Below the pieces are notes generated by a model. It ran no database searches. It was not told the origin of the DNA and saw only the letters and a list, made by a program, of their open reading frames with translations. Of a stretch of 64,000 nt of DNA, positions 1 to 12,569 are shown piece after piece. Every line of letters starts with the position of its first letter. The stretch's first letter is position 1. The translations under genes and the position numbers were made by a program. Origin of the DNA: Octopus vulgaris (taxonomy: Eukaryota); NCBI GenBank assembly GCA_951406725.2, contig OX597819.1, positions 100,626,001 to 100,690,000 of the forward strand. Reading direction: 5' to 3'.

Positions 1-925
1 GATGCATCCTAGATCCTGTCATTATTTTTCTTGTTTTCCTATCTATTTTGGTCAGTTTATTTAGTGTCCAGTTAAGGATATTGTAGCTGTAACTTATAAC
101 TGGGACAGCTAAAGTGTTAATACCTATTATCTTGTTTTTAGCATTGAGCTCTGTTTTAGTATTGATCTAACTCGTCTATAATATTCTTTTTTTATTTTCT
201 CTTTCATTTGTGTGTGTTGTGTCTTATCTAGTTGATGGATTCCTAAGTATTTGTAAGTTTAGCTTTGGTCTAATTCTTTTATTTCATTGGTTTTATCTCG
301 TGTGATGTTGCTACTCTTAACTATTTTTTATTCTTTTCATGGTTACTTTGACGCATTTTTCTAATCCAAATTTCATATCTATTTCTTTGGTGGATCCATG
401 AACTGACTTTAATAGTGTTTCCAGCTGTTTGTCAGTTGCAGTGCATAGTTTTAGGTCATCCATATATAAAAGGTGGCTGATCGTTTTGCCGTAACATTTA
501 TATCCGCATCCAGTTCTATTTAGCATATCAGATAGAGGTGACAGTGCCAAGCAGAAAAGGAGTGGACAGAGCGTGTCTCCCTGGAATATTCCTCTTCTAA
601 TGGGGATGGCTTTGGTTTTCATGAGTCCCTCTTTTGTTTGGAGCTGTAGCACTGTTTGCCATTTATTCATAGAGTGTCCTATGTATTTTATAATTGTTGG
701 TGCTACTTTGTTAATGGCTAGTGTTTCGAGGATCCATGTGTGGGGGATGCTATCAAACGACTTTCTGTAGTCGATCCAGGCCATACTGAGGCCTTTCTTC
801 TTTCTGTGGCTGTCTCCAGTTATGGCTTTATTGATCAGTAGTTGATCTTTACAGCCGTATGAGCCTTTGCGGCATCCTTTCTGCTCATCTGGAAACAGGT
901 TGTTTTCGTTCAGGTGCTTTGGCCA
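1..925 (-). mobile_element. Non-LTR retrotransposon (R4/Dong-like) reverse transcriptase fragment, disrupted
   Basis: ORF 317-952 has EQKGCRKGSYGCKDQLL, AWIDYRKSFDSIPH, RRGIFQGDTLCPLLF, HLLYMDDLKL and FGLEKC. RT-like sequence continues after the stop toward position 1. The first residues of the ORF come from the adjacent palindrome. Confidence 0.88.
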
Positions 926-926
926 C

Positions 927-1255
927 TTGGGGTAGCCTGCGCTCTTAAACACTACGCCATATGCCCGTGGGCAATTATGGAATGAATTTTTAGGGCTTAT
1001 GAATATAATATTTTCCTATCCTTCCTTAATACCGGTTCCCATATGCTATTCATATCTGCACTCGGTTTGCTTAGGAGGCACATATGCTAGGACACAGCAA
1101 CCTCCTAAGCAGACCGAATGCAGATATTAATAAAATATGGGAACCGGTATTAAAGAAGGATATAATAATAGTAGATTTATAAGCACTAAAATTCACTCCA
1201 TAATTGCCCACGAGCATATGGCGTAGTGGTTAAGAGAGCGGGTTACTAACCCCAA
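927..1255. repeat. Fold-back palindrome (about 150-bp imperfect arms, loop 1079-1100)
   Basis: tatctgcactcggtttgcttaggagg (1053-1078) pairs with cctcctaagcagaccgaatgcagata (1101-1126). actacgccatatg near 951 pairs with catatggcgtagt near 1216. Confidence 0.9.
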
Positions 1256-1282
1256 TATTCGGAATTCGGTGCCAGGTAGTGA

Positions 1283-1339
<57 letters not shown>

Positions 1340-1470
1340 TAATAACATCTAAATTTCCCTACGAATGAAAACCCAGGTTCGAAATTTCCCCAAGACGCCT
1401 GATGTTGGCTGGAGGGTATATCAGCCGAAACAAGACGAGGAAAAATATCCATCAAATTTAAATAACGTAA
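1101..1470 (+). mobile_element. PLE-like 3' end (pLTR) with tRNA-like segment, (AAT)n and hammerhead-like core
   Basis: The peptide LLSRPNADINKIWEPVLKK resembles PLE C-termini. It is followed by an A-box-like tggcgtagtggtt (1219), (AAT)n at 1288-1345 and CTGATGT-ggctg...cagcc-GAAAC at 1399-1431. Confidence 0.55.
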
Positions 1471-2929
1471 GGTATTTATTTTAGTCTAGCAAGGATGAAA
1501 GGCAAAATTGATCTCCCCGGAATTTGAGCATAGATTCTGCAGCTCGCTACTTTAAGAATATGTATTTTTAAGCTGGGTCCTCTTCTATATGCGGTTCGCT
1601 AATTTTTTCTCCCCCCACCCAAAAAAAAAAGTTTAAAATAACAACTCGACGAATCCTGTATGCATTGCTATGTATAGGTAAAAAAAAAGCACGTACCCAC
1701 ACAATAAAATGTCTACACGCACAGATATACACATTGTACATAGGAACATTTAAACATGGCCACCTAGTCGATATTTCGTAAATTCCAATATAATAGCTTA
1801 AATCGACTCTTTTACTTGAAAAATTTTACATGTTTATATTTTAGCGGTAAATATATTTAATATTTACATATATAAGTAAATAGTAACAAAACGGGGGAAA
1901 AAACATGCTTAAGAAAACGAATAATAAATCAAGTTGTTTATGCAGGAACTATCCAGTTACGTCCGTCCCTACAGTTAATGAATAAAATATTACAATATTA
2001 GGGATTATCAACAGGTGCTACACTTGAGGAGACTGTAAATTTTTCTCCTATCCGTGTTACTAGTTGCCAATGTCCTGGTTGTTCGTAGTGTCGTTGCTGC
2101 TGTTGTGGCTGTTGTTGTTGTAGTCGGTATCAATGTCATACGTGTTACCAATGTTGTTGTTCCCTTCCTCTAGACTTTCTCCGCTTCCTTAGCAGTATCG
2201 TTTATCAGAATGATTTATAATAAGATGTCGAGGAAGTACATAATTCAAATTAAACATTTGGATAGATGATCCTTGGCCTTTCTGTTTCTAAATACGTACA
2301 TATGGTTGTATGTACATATATATACCTACATACATGCTCATACATACATACATACATACATACATACATACATACATACATACTTACATACATACTACAT
2401 ACATATATTATACGTGAGTGTACATGTGTACTTTTATATTATGTCTTTATTTAAATATGTAGGTACACATGCACGTATCATATAATCGTATCTGTGTGTA
2501 TGTGTGCTTTTTTGTGTGTGTATTTGTGTGTGTGTGTGTGTGAATTATTCAGTACTATCCTTGAGTTACTAAATACCTTTATTGAATAGTATATCATGTG
2601 AATATTTGCGCAGATTTGATAAATCTTCATTCATGTTGAATTCAAATTTACAATGAAGAGAGAATAGTTACATAATCTTAAAAGTAGGACAGATACAGTC
2701 CAAGAAAATAAGCGGTAGAGCAGGGATCGGGAACAGAATATCCTATGTTATTTATTTACGTCTATTTACCTCTGAGTACAACAAACCCGGTCTCGAGTTA
2801 ATGTGAGCTTTCATCCTTTCAAGATTGGAACACGTGATGTATCGGCTGGACTCCATTTCTATCAACTGTACGCGACTACTTTCTCATTTGCTTCAAGATT
2901 TTGTTTGAATATGAGGTTAAACATGTATT

Positions 2930-3060
2930 GTTAAATGTATTTCTGAATTATTTATTCATTTGAACGATATTTTGTGGAGGCATATGATGTCATAAATATT
3001 GCAGTAGTAACCCATTTTAAAGCTGTTTAAACAATAAATTAAAATTTGTAATGATTTCAT
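2930..3060 (-). other. Candidate terminal exon of a host gene
   Basis: Acceptor ttgtttctcttacag ends at 3061. A minus-strand AATAAA lies at 2951-2956. The 3' end is approximate. Confidence 0.5.
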
Positions 3061-3134
3061 CTGTAAGAGAAACAAATGTTCAACATTTAATAGAGAAACC
3101 GGGCAATTAATGATTGCAATTAGGACGTACTCAC

Positions 3135-3209
3135 TAAATAAATATAACAATTACAGGGGACAGAAAGAGGCAGGGATATTCAGGACATAGTACATTACTG
3201 CTGAATAAG
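3135..3209 (-). CDS. Candidate 75-nt penultimate exon encoding a hydrophobic C-terminus
   Basis: Strong acceptor (ttttcttttattttgcag) and donor (gtgagt), followed by a 74-nt GT-AG intron (3061-3134). The open frame reads LFSSNVLCPEYPCLFLSPVIVIFI-stop. The phase-1 frame has one stop. Confidence 0.55.
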
Positions 3210-3814
3210 CTGCAAAATAAAAGAAAAAAGAACAAAAAAACCGACCTAGCAAATAATAAATGGAATATTATTGAAACGCATACAACACACGAGCAATTCT
3301 TTCTTCGAGTAAGAGAATGGTTTGGTATTAACAAGTATTTTCAAAGCATTGAACAGCGTGAATTGAATCGGTGTACGCAGAACCAAAGTGAAGTGGAGGA
3401 GAGCGCATGTTGATGGTGGCAAAGATGTTGAGGAAGAGATAAACAAGGATAGCAGGGTTAGAAGGTGGTGGAGTAATGTGAATATGCAGAGAGTAATGTA
3501 AAATGAAATATGAAATATGTTTTTGGAAGAATAAATAAATGTATTTTATAAGATCAATTGGTTGGCAGTAACAACAGAAATGGAGGACAAGTAGGTGTTG
3601 AAAAAACTGCGAGAATAAACGCCGTGCGTTGATGCATCACACAAGTAATACAGTATATAGTTTTTGTACAATTAAACGTGTCAAGATTTTCGATTTTAAA
3701 GTTGTTAAAATCTATTCAAATTCGTATTGAAAATCCAGATCCTGAAATTGATGGTCATAATTTCTAACTAGTTATCCTTAGGATTTTTGTTCTGTAATAT
3801 GGGGTATGCCCATA

Positions 3815-4025
3815 TTGGTTTCAAATTTTGGTACAACCACCAGTAATTCCGGGGAAGGTTAAGTCGATTACATCGACTCAAGTGTACAACTGGTACTTAT
3901 TTTATTGACTCTGAAAGGATGAAAGGTAAAATCAACCTCGGCGGAATATGAACTCAGAATCTGAAGACGGATGAGATGTGCTAAGCGTTTTGCTCGGCAT
4001 GCTGATGATTCTGTCAGCTCACCGA
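3815..4025 (-). mobile_element. tRNA-derived SINE family A, monomer
   Basis: Reverse complement of the gagttcaaattccgccgaggtcgactttgcctttcatcctttc core. Further copies occur at about 8513-8722 (+), 21535-21750 (-), 35378-35590 (-) and 43235-43925 (-, three copies). Confidence 0.8.
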
Positions 4026-4723
4026 CTTGGGGCGTTCCTATATCAATAGGAATTTATGTATATATGTATGTATGTATGTGTATGTATGTATGTATGTATG
4101 TATGTATGTATGTATGTAGCATGCATGCATGTATCTATGTATGTATATATGTATGTAGGTATGTACGTGCATGCATGTGTGTATGTATGCATGTATGTAT
4201 GAATGCATGTATGTATGTATGCATGTATGTATGTATGTATATTCGTATATGTATATGTATGCCTATAGATAGCTAAGTATGAAAATTCTGGAAAGAGACG
4301 AACAGCAATAGGTATTCAGTAAAGAAGACCCACTTCACACAAGTGTTGCTGCCTCCAAATTCCTTATTAAGGCGCTTGGGCAGCACCTATGTCAATAACT
4401 TTAGATACTCCTCTGCTACCACATTGCGGCCGTCAACTTTCTGTGTTCTTAAGGTTCTCCGGAGCCAATCTACGTTGAACGTCGTAAACACTTCAGTTCA
4501 AGACACTAGTTGAAATAAGACAGTCTATGCGTCAGACCTTCACTTTTATTTCATCTTGAAAAGTTCCAGTTGGAAATCTAACCTGTTGCATTAAGAGCTC
4601 TGGTATTAGAGCCATTTAATGATAATGTTGGCAGATTTGCTAACATCCTGGCTTCTATCTCTACAGTGGGAACTTAAGTTTGAAAGCCCAGTACAATTAG
4701 CTTCATGGCTAAGCCATCCTATA

Positions 4724-4767
<44 letters not shown>

Positions 4768-4835
4768 TCAGGTTTGAGTACTTGATAATTGTAAGCACCT
4801 GTATATACCGTTTGGTGGTGTAGGTGGTGGAGTAA

Positions 4836-5334
4836 ATTAATCAAAATAAAAACATGATGCCAAGGATTCAGCGGTACATATGTTTCGGGCCTTTATTAGA
4901 CGGATTTATAACAATGCATAATGTGTGTCTATGGCCTTCTTCAGCCGCGCACAACTACTACCTCAAGGACATGTATTACATCAAAAATTCTACGTTGAGG
5001 ATGCAAATCCTCTCATTCGCGTACTACATAATGCGGTACCAGCACAAAAATGAAGCGTCCATCCCGTCCTTCTCTCAATGTAGAAAACTACATTGAGAGA
5101 AGGGCGGGATACACGCTTCATTTTTGTGCTGGTGCCGTATTATGTCGTACGCAAATGAGAGGATTTGCATCCTCAACGTAGAATTTTTGATGTAATACAT
5201 GTCCTTGAGGTAGTAGTTGTGCGCGGCTGAAAGAAGGCCATAGACACACATTATGCATTGTTATAAATCCGTCTAATAAAGGCCCGAAACATATGTACCG
5301 CTGAATCCTTGCCAGCAAGTTTTTATTTTGATTA

Positions 5335-5336
<2 letters not shown>
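4836..5336. repeat. Near-perfect 500-bp palindrome (about 250-bp arms, 4-nt loop at 5084-5087), probably PLE-derived
   Basis: ORFs 4854+ and 5318- give nearly identical peptides. The centre is ctcaatgtag-aaaa-ctacattgag. (TA)n flanks the element. Confidence 0.97.
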
Positions 5337-5402
<66 letters not shown>

Positions 5403-5548
5403 GTGCGTGTGTGTGTATATTCATATACCTGTCGAGAACCCTCATGTTATTCATTCGTCTGTCTCCTATTCCAATCGTTGCCTTGAGGCTATTTCCCCAA
5501 TACGTGTGTCTGAGTATATACATAATTAGATAGATACATACATAGAAA

Positions 5549-6131
5549 GAAACTTTAGCACGCCGGGCGAAATGCGTAGCCGTATTTCGTAGGCCGCTAC
5601 GTTCTGAGTTCAAATTCCGCCGAGGTCGACTTTGCCTTTCATCCTTTCGGGGTCGATTAAATAAGTACCAGTTACGCACTTGGGTCGATATAATCGACTT
5701 AATCCGTTTGTTTGTCCTTGTTTGTCCCCTCTGTCTGTAGCCCCTTGTGGGTAGTTAAGAAATAGGTATTTCATCTGCCGTTACGTTCTGAGTTCAAATT
5801 CCGCCGAGGTCGACTCTGCCTTTCATCCTTTCGCGGACGATAAATTAAGTATCAGTTACGCACTGAGGTCGAAATAATCGACTTAATCCGTCTGTCTGTC
5901 CTTGTTTGTCCCCTCTGTGTTTAGCCCCTTGTGAGTAATAAAGAAATAGGTATTTCGTCGGCTGTTATGTTCTGAGTTAAAATTCCGCCGAGGTCGACTT
6001 TGCCTTTCATCCTTTCGGGGTCGATAAATTAAGTATCAGTTACGCACTGGAGTCGATGTAATCGACTTAATCCCTTTATCTGATCTTGTTTATTCCCTCT
6101 ATGTTTAGCCCCTTGTGGACAATAAAGAAAT
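5549..6131 (+). repeat. SINE family A tandem array, 3 units of about 184 bp
   Basis: The core recurs at about 5609, 5792 and 5977, with junction aaagaaata-ggtattt. Confidence 0.92.
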
Positions 6132-7417
6132 ATGATACATACATAGACACACACACATACTCATACAGATACACACACATATATGTATGTATGTTTGTAT
6201 GTGCATATACATACATACATACGTACACATATAATTAGTAGTAGGTCTAATAATGTAAACATTACCGATATTACATTATATACCATATGCGCTCATACAT
6301 ATCATATTTATGTATACGTGTGTGTGTGTTTGTGTATGTACATAAAGCTTGTCCTTCTGAGCTTGTATAACAAACGTTCGAGTATTTTCCACTGAAGGTC
6401 TTCCTTAGGTTCTTTTTGCTCCTCCTTTTCAATTTCATTGACTTCTTTATTTCTAATATGCTTAACGAAGAACTACTCAATGCCGTATAAAAGTAATATC
6501 TTTAAATGTCATCGTCAGTTTTGCAACTTTCGTTGCTCATTTTCCCGCTTCCCTGACAAACGCAGTCTCCGTCATGGCAATAGATATTCACAAGCATATT
6601 TTGGCGTCTGGTTTGGTGGTGGAATTGAACATAGAAACATAGACACTGGATGACTCGATGCTCAATTTTTTCTTCACATCCCTTTCCGAATTTCCTTAGA
6701 CCGCGATGATACTGTCTAAGCAAGTGAACGGATCAATATTCTTCAGTGCCTCTCTTCAGCTTGACTTGTTTCTATTGCGCTACCCCAATAATTATTCCTC
6801 TTGTGTGCCATGAAGTCTCGCTTCTCTGACAGCTGTTGTAGTGAAGCAACTTTTAGTTTAATTCACTACAACGTTGGGCTTGTTGTGACAGCTTGTGTAG
6901 TGAAATAACTGTAGGTGTGATGTTGATTTAGATTTAATGTTTTGACAGCTGATGCTGTGCTACTGGCAAAATCATAGCAATTATGTCATTCGTTTACGCA
7001 ATTTTTGTAATGGCTTATTTAGACGAAGTAGATCTGGTCCCGTTAGTTATTTCTTTTTCTAAGACCTCAATATTAGTTGTGGAAGTTACACAAATGTAGG
7101 AGCTCACAGTTAAAGGCTCCGGAGTGCCAGTTAGTGATTTTGAAGCCTTGTTCTTCTACAGATGTTATAATTGCTAATTTATTAGATTGATATCTTGGCT
7201 TTAATTCCTGACCTGAGTAATACTGAAGCTATATCCGTTGCTTCGGGTTACGTTAACCGTCACTCGCAAAAACAATTATTCTGCTGAACTACTATTTCTC
7301 ATCAAAATCATCTTTTAGTTGGTTTTGAAACAGCCCTGATGAAATTCAAATAATGACTGTGTTATTAATTCATTCGATACACTGGCTAACAGAAAACGAA
7401 AAGCGCAGATTTATAAA

Positions 7418-7459
7418 CTGTTTCAATGTTATCAACAATAGTTGATAACATTGAAACAG
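7418..7459. repeat. Perfect 19-bp hairpin
   Basis: ctgtttcaatgttatcaac-aata-gttgataacattgaaacag. Confidence 0.95.
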
Positions 7460-8966
7460 ATGGTGAGACATTCAGTTTTCCCCCCTGTGTTCTCCATTTG
7501 TGAATTACTTTTTACATTAGTACTTAGTAGAAATATAGTTGATATATATGTTGCTCCTACCCACTCCATCTCTAGTGAGTAACTCTGGGAATATAAATGT
7601 TTAAACCGCTACCATCTATTCGTAGTTGAAAATATTTTTCCTGGATTACTGGGTTCTGTGTTGCCACTCACATTTTAAGTTATTTAGGTTTGAATTCAAA
7701 TAAAGGTGTAGAAATTGAACAAGATGAGTTTTCCCCTGGCTTAGCTTTAGGATATTTTGCTGAAGTACATGTGATCAAAAAACTTCTTGCCGTCACCACC
7801 CAGTCTTTTCAGTTATACCTTAACTCTCACTACATTTTCCGATTGTTCTTGTGTAATGTCAGGTTTTGTATGATTTACAGGAGATCTGGCCGCTATGTGT
7901 TGCAAGTCGAGTAAATTTTACATGCTCCCTCATCATGTTATTTGCTTGGTCCGTAAATTATCTTTCAACGATTGATTGCTAACTTATAAATCTTCGCTAT
8001 CGCATTCATGTTCATTTTTATGTATAGCCATAGATAAACCTATCAAGTATTAAATTGGAAGAATACCCAATACTTCTCAGAAGATTGATATATATTATTT
8101 TGAGAAGGAAAAAGTCGGTAGTTCTTTCGATGCTTCGATTATGTAACCTCAATTGGGTTCTCCAATTAGGATTACATAATCGAAGGGACTACCTATATTT
8201 ACTTAGCAAATATAAAATAAATACATAAACACGTTAGTACGTGAATATATGCTACTTTAAGATATTTTTCGTCTTAACGAAAATCAATACGATTTAATTG
8301 TGGTTAGTATAATAGATTTTGTCTTCGATTTCGTTTCATAGTTAACAGCTTATTAGATTAAAATGTTAGATTTTAGCAGAATAATATTACAAATGTTGAG
8401 TAAATAGTATAATATGACTTGACCGTGAATCAGTCAAGTGTCTTATGTCTAGCATTTGCAATAGATGTCTTCTATTTAGGTAGATATCTAAAATATAAAC
8501 AATATTAGAAGTCGGGGAGCTAGCAGAAATGTTAGCACGCCGATCAAAATGCTTAGCGGCATTTCGTCTGTATGTTCTAAATTCAAATTCCGCCGAGGTC
8601 GACATTCTTTTTCATTGTTACGGTCCCGAAAATTTGTATACCAGCTGAGTACTATGGTCGATGTAATTGACTTGTCTCCTTCACTGAAATTGCTGGCCTT
8701 GTGCTAAAAAATTTGAAACCTATATAAATCAATATGTATTTACAGCTTAGTGGAGTTTTCGTTGATATTATAGAAATCGTGTGCAGAATAGTGTGGTTTA
8801 TTGCAGTATTGTAATGTAATGTAGTGTAGGCACAGTCGCAGCTGTGTCTTAAGAAGTTTGCCTTCAAACCTCATCGTTCCAAGCCCCGTCTCATTGCGTA
8901 GCGACTTGGAGAAACGACTTTCACTATAACCCTGAACCGACTTGTACCTTGTGAGTTGTATATATG

Positions 8967-9000
<34 letters not shown>

Positions 9001-10054
9001 TGTATGTATGTATGTATGTATGTATGTATGTTATGTATGCATGTTCAAATGTGTGCGTGTGTGTGTGTGTTTGTGTGTGCGAGTGTCTGCATTTGTGTTT
9101 GTCTCCCATCACTTCTTAACTACCAGCTTTGGTTTGCTTATATCCCGTATATTAGCGGTTCGGGAATAAGGATCCGATAGAATAAATACCAAAATTAAAA
9201 ATTACCATTAAGATTTAGTTTTACTAAATCCTTCAACACGGAGCCGCACCACGGCCGCGCTCCGGTCCAATGAATGAAGCGAGTAAAAGATGTGTGGCTA
9301 TTTAGATAAATTGACAAATACAATTAATATAATATAATGTAATTTCTGATTTATTTATTTATATATTTATTTATGTTTTATTCTGTAGCACAAAGACATA
9401 TTTCAAAGTATTTCAAATATTGCTATATTAATTAATCGATTTGTTTCACAGGAATTTAGTCGTTCCGCCTGGCACATCATTTAAGAAAGAAAAACCCGTA
9501 CCGTGTCTGATTGTTGCTGTAGTGTGAACTAACGCACCGTCTGATGACGTGATCGTTATAGATGCATTGCATGCTGGTAGAGTGTCTAACGTCACAATCC
9601 TTGCAGCTGCTTTGATTGCTGATGGTGCTGCTCTTGCTGTCATCACCACCGATTTTTAGTAGCATTAGTTGTAATCGTTGTCGTTGTCGTTGTTGTTGTT
9701 GTTGTTGTTGTTGTTCGTGTTACTGATGCTGTTGTTTTTTAATGTTGCCCTTGTTGTTGTTGTTGTTGTTAAATAAATTTGTTTGGTTTTGTTGTTGTTG
9801 TTTGTTTTTTTTGCCTCTAATGTCATCTATTTTGGCAGACAGCTTGTTAAGAAATCTGATCTAAGCACTTGAGTTAATTTTCTGCTAATTACGCTATCAC
9901 GTAGCTATCACCTTGATCACACTTGAAATAGCGCCATCCCATTCACCTCACACCACTTCCACAAAACTTGCAATACACTATGGCTTCTCAGACACGAACA
10001 CATGCTGTTACTGAGCATCACATTCACTGCCCTCCTCCCCTTCATCATCCTGCC

Positions 10055-10055
<1 letters not shown>

Positions 10056-10085
<30 letters not shown>

Positions 10086-10279
10086 CTTCTTCTTCTTCTT
10101 CTTCTTCTTCTTCTTCTTCTTCTTCTTCTTCTTCTTCTTCTTCTTCTTCTTCTTCTTCTTCTGCTTCTCCTTCTTCTGCTTCTCCTTCTTCTTCTTCTTC
10201 TTCTTCTTCTTCTTCTTCTTCTTCTTCTTCTTCTTCTTCTTCTTCTTCTTCTTCTTCTTCTTCTTCTTCTTCTTCTTCT
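10056..10279. repeat. (CTT)n microsatellite
   Basis: Direct reading. It explains the poly-S and poly-L ORFs. Confidence 0.98.
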
Positions 10280-10339
10280 GTTACTCCTACTCTGTCTATC
10301 TATCTGTCTTTATTCATCTCACCCCTTCTTTATGCCCCT

Positions 10340-10388
<49 letters not shown>

Positions 10389-10641
10389 GCGCGAACACAC
10401 ACATATATGTATATGAATGTATGTATACATGTATGCGTGTTCGTATGTGCGTTTGTATGCATGTGACTGTATGAGCATAAGATATTGAAATGCCGCAACA
10501 ATGCAGGTTGGAAATAAAAGGGTAAGAATTAAAAAACAAACAAAAACAAGGCAATAAAAAATCACACTTACACTTTTACATTATATTACTACATATCAAT
10601 CATATAAAACCATTGTCAGAGATAGGAAGTGTGTGTGTAAT

Positions 10642-10742
10642 TTTGACCTGTGAAAATATGTAGGATTACTTTGTACTAATCAATACATGTACAATAAATT
10701 TGACCTGTGAAAATATGTAGGATTACTTTGTACTAATCAATA
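10642..10742. repeat. 44-bp direct duplication with 13-nt spacer
   Basis: tttgacctgtgaaaatatgtaggattactttgtactaatcaata occurs at 10642-10685 and 10699-10742. Confidence 0.95.
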
Positions 10743-11597
10743 AATGAACTAAAATCCGAAATGTTGATCACGATAATACAAATTTCAGTAGAGTCATTTG
10801 TTCAAATGCAGAAGTATATCAGGTGTTTACCACAAACTATAGAGAAAATTGTTAAAGACAGCATAGCGGAAGAACAGGGAGTTGACTCTAAGAAGAAGTG
10901 AACAGAAACAATAAAGAAAAAAGCACAAAAGAAATGAGGTGATGTAGTTAAGAAGCTCGCTTTCCAATCATGTTGCCTTGGTATTATTCTCATAACATGG
11001 CAACTGAGACACGTGTCTGCTACGATAGCGTTGGACCGACCAAAACATTGTCAGTGGATTTGTTAGTGTATTCGTTATGCTTTAAAAGAAGCTCGTCGTA
11101 TACAAACACACACACGCACACACATACACACACACACACACACACACATATATACAGATGTGTGTACGCCCCACTGTGTGTGTCGCTATGCGTGTGCTTG
11201 CATGTGTGTCTTTATGTTTGTGTAATGTTCATCTCTCACCACCGCTTGACAACCACCGTTGGTTTGTTTACGCTCCCATAACGCAAGTGTGCGACAAGAG
11301 ACCAACGGAATAAGCACCTGGCTGAAAATATATATACTGGGGTTGATTTGTTCAATAAAACCCTTCAAAATATTGCCCAGCATGACTGAAACAAATTATA
11401 AAATTAAAAATAATTAATAATACAGACGAATATGGACCGATTTGCACAAGTTAGACTATAACAAACGGATCCACACAAGAATTATTAAATATAGTTGCGT
11501 AGAACAAGAAAATTCTGTCCATAGTAACAAACTGTCCTAATATTGAGAGACTGACTAATCTGATCTATTTAGTAGCCGCGTTACTAAAAAAAATTAC

Positions 11598-11930
11598 CAG
11601 ATAAAAGTACTGAGGAACTATGGCCAGGTGGTTCTGGTTTACGCAATTTAATGAATAACCGCGACGTCGTTCACATCGAAAAGGATGCATCTCAGTGCCG
11701 ACAGCTTCTTCAGTGGTGGACCAAAGCCTCAAATATACAGAGGAGATTAGAGGTGGTATCTTAACACTCGGTGTCAATAGATAGTTATTTGTCGCCAAAC
11801 CGATCAGATGCTCTATAATTATAGGAAAAATATTCCTAGAACTGGATGTGCGCTGCACAGTATCCACATATCGATACTTGCTGTGTCTAACTTCTTAGAG
11901 CAATATAAATTGGAGAGTTCTCCAGTAAAA
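11598..11930 (-). pseudogene. Candidate decayed CUB-like exon (333 nt, phase 1-1)
   Basis: Acceptor ...tgcag and donor g|gtaatt. The phase-1 frame (7 stops) reads CAAHIQF..YRASDRF..LSIDTEC..NLLCIFE..RSC..TTSRLFIKLR, which matches CUB spacing by eye. Confidence 0.35.
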
Positions 11931-11963
11931 CTGCATTTAACAAATATTACTATTATTTTTGTT

Positions 11964-12357
11964 AAGGCCGCGAGCTGGTAGAAAGGTTAGCACACCGGGC
12001 GAAATGCTTAGCGGTACTTCCTCTGCCGCTACGTTCTGAGTTCGAATTCCGCCGAGGTCGACTTTGCCTTTCATCCTTTCGGGGTCGATTGAATAAGTAC
12101 CAGTTATGCAATGGGGCCGATGTAATCGACTTAATCCGTTTGTCTGTCCTTGTTTGTCCTCTCCGTGTTTAGCACCTTGTAGGTAGTAAAGAAATGGGTA
12201 TTTTACCTGTTGCTACGTTCTGAGTTCAAATTCCGCCAAGGTCGACTTCGCCTTTCATCGTTTCGGGGTCGATAAATAAAGTACCACTTAAGTACTGGGG
12301 TCGATGTGATCGAATATCAAATTGCAGGGCTTGTGCCTTCAGTAGAAAGGACTATTA
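11964..12357 (+). mobile_element. SINE family A dimer
   Basis: Full head, one 184-bp-type unit, then a second unit ending in the monomer tail. Confidence 0.85.
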
Positions 12358-12569
12358 TTATTGTCGTTGTTATCAAGCTTAGCTCTGACTCGAGCTGTTA
12401 TGTAATCAAAGTCATAATAGCTCTAGCCATTTCATCTTCTTCCTCTTTGCAGGGAAAAAAATGGTTACATAGCCATCACTTTGATCACACTTGAAATAGC
12501 GCCATCCCATTCACCTCACACCACTTCTACAGAACTATGGCTTTTTCTAATACGGTATGATATGATTTG

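Noticed and set aside
4854-5318. Two genes with near-identical proteins on opposite strands
   Set aside because: This is a consequence of the DNA palindrome, and the peptides have no recognisable features.
6360-8150. Possible decayed LINE or PLE coding region
   Set aside because: Only a faint motif (MLVNIYC) is visible, so the family and boundaries cannot be supported.
9446-9665. Possible exon (plus-strand acceptor tttcacag, NLVVPPGTSFKKEKPVPCLIVAVV*) or minus-strand ORF
   Set aside because: No partner exons, no recognisable domain, and it grades into (GTT)n. Left unassigned.
10642-10742. Repeat-spacer-repeat resembling a mini-CRISPR
   Set aside because: Only two copies with a 13-nt spacer, consistent with a simple local duplication.
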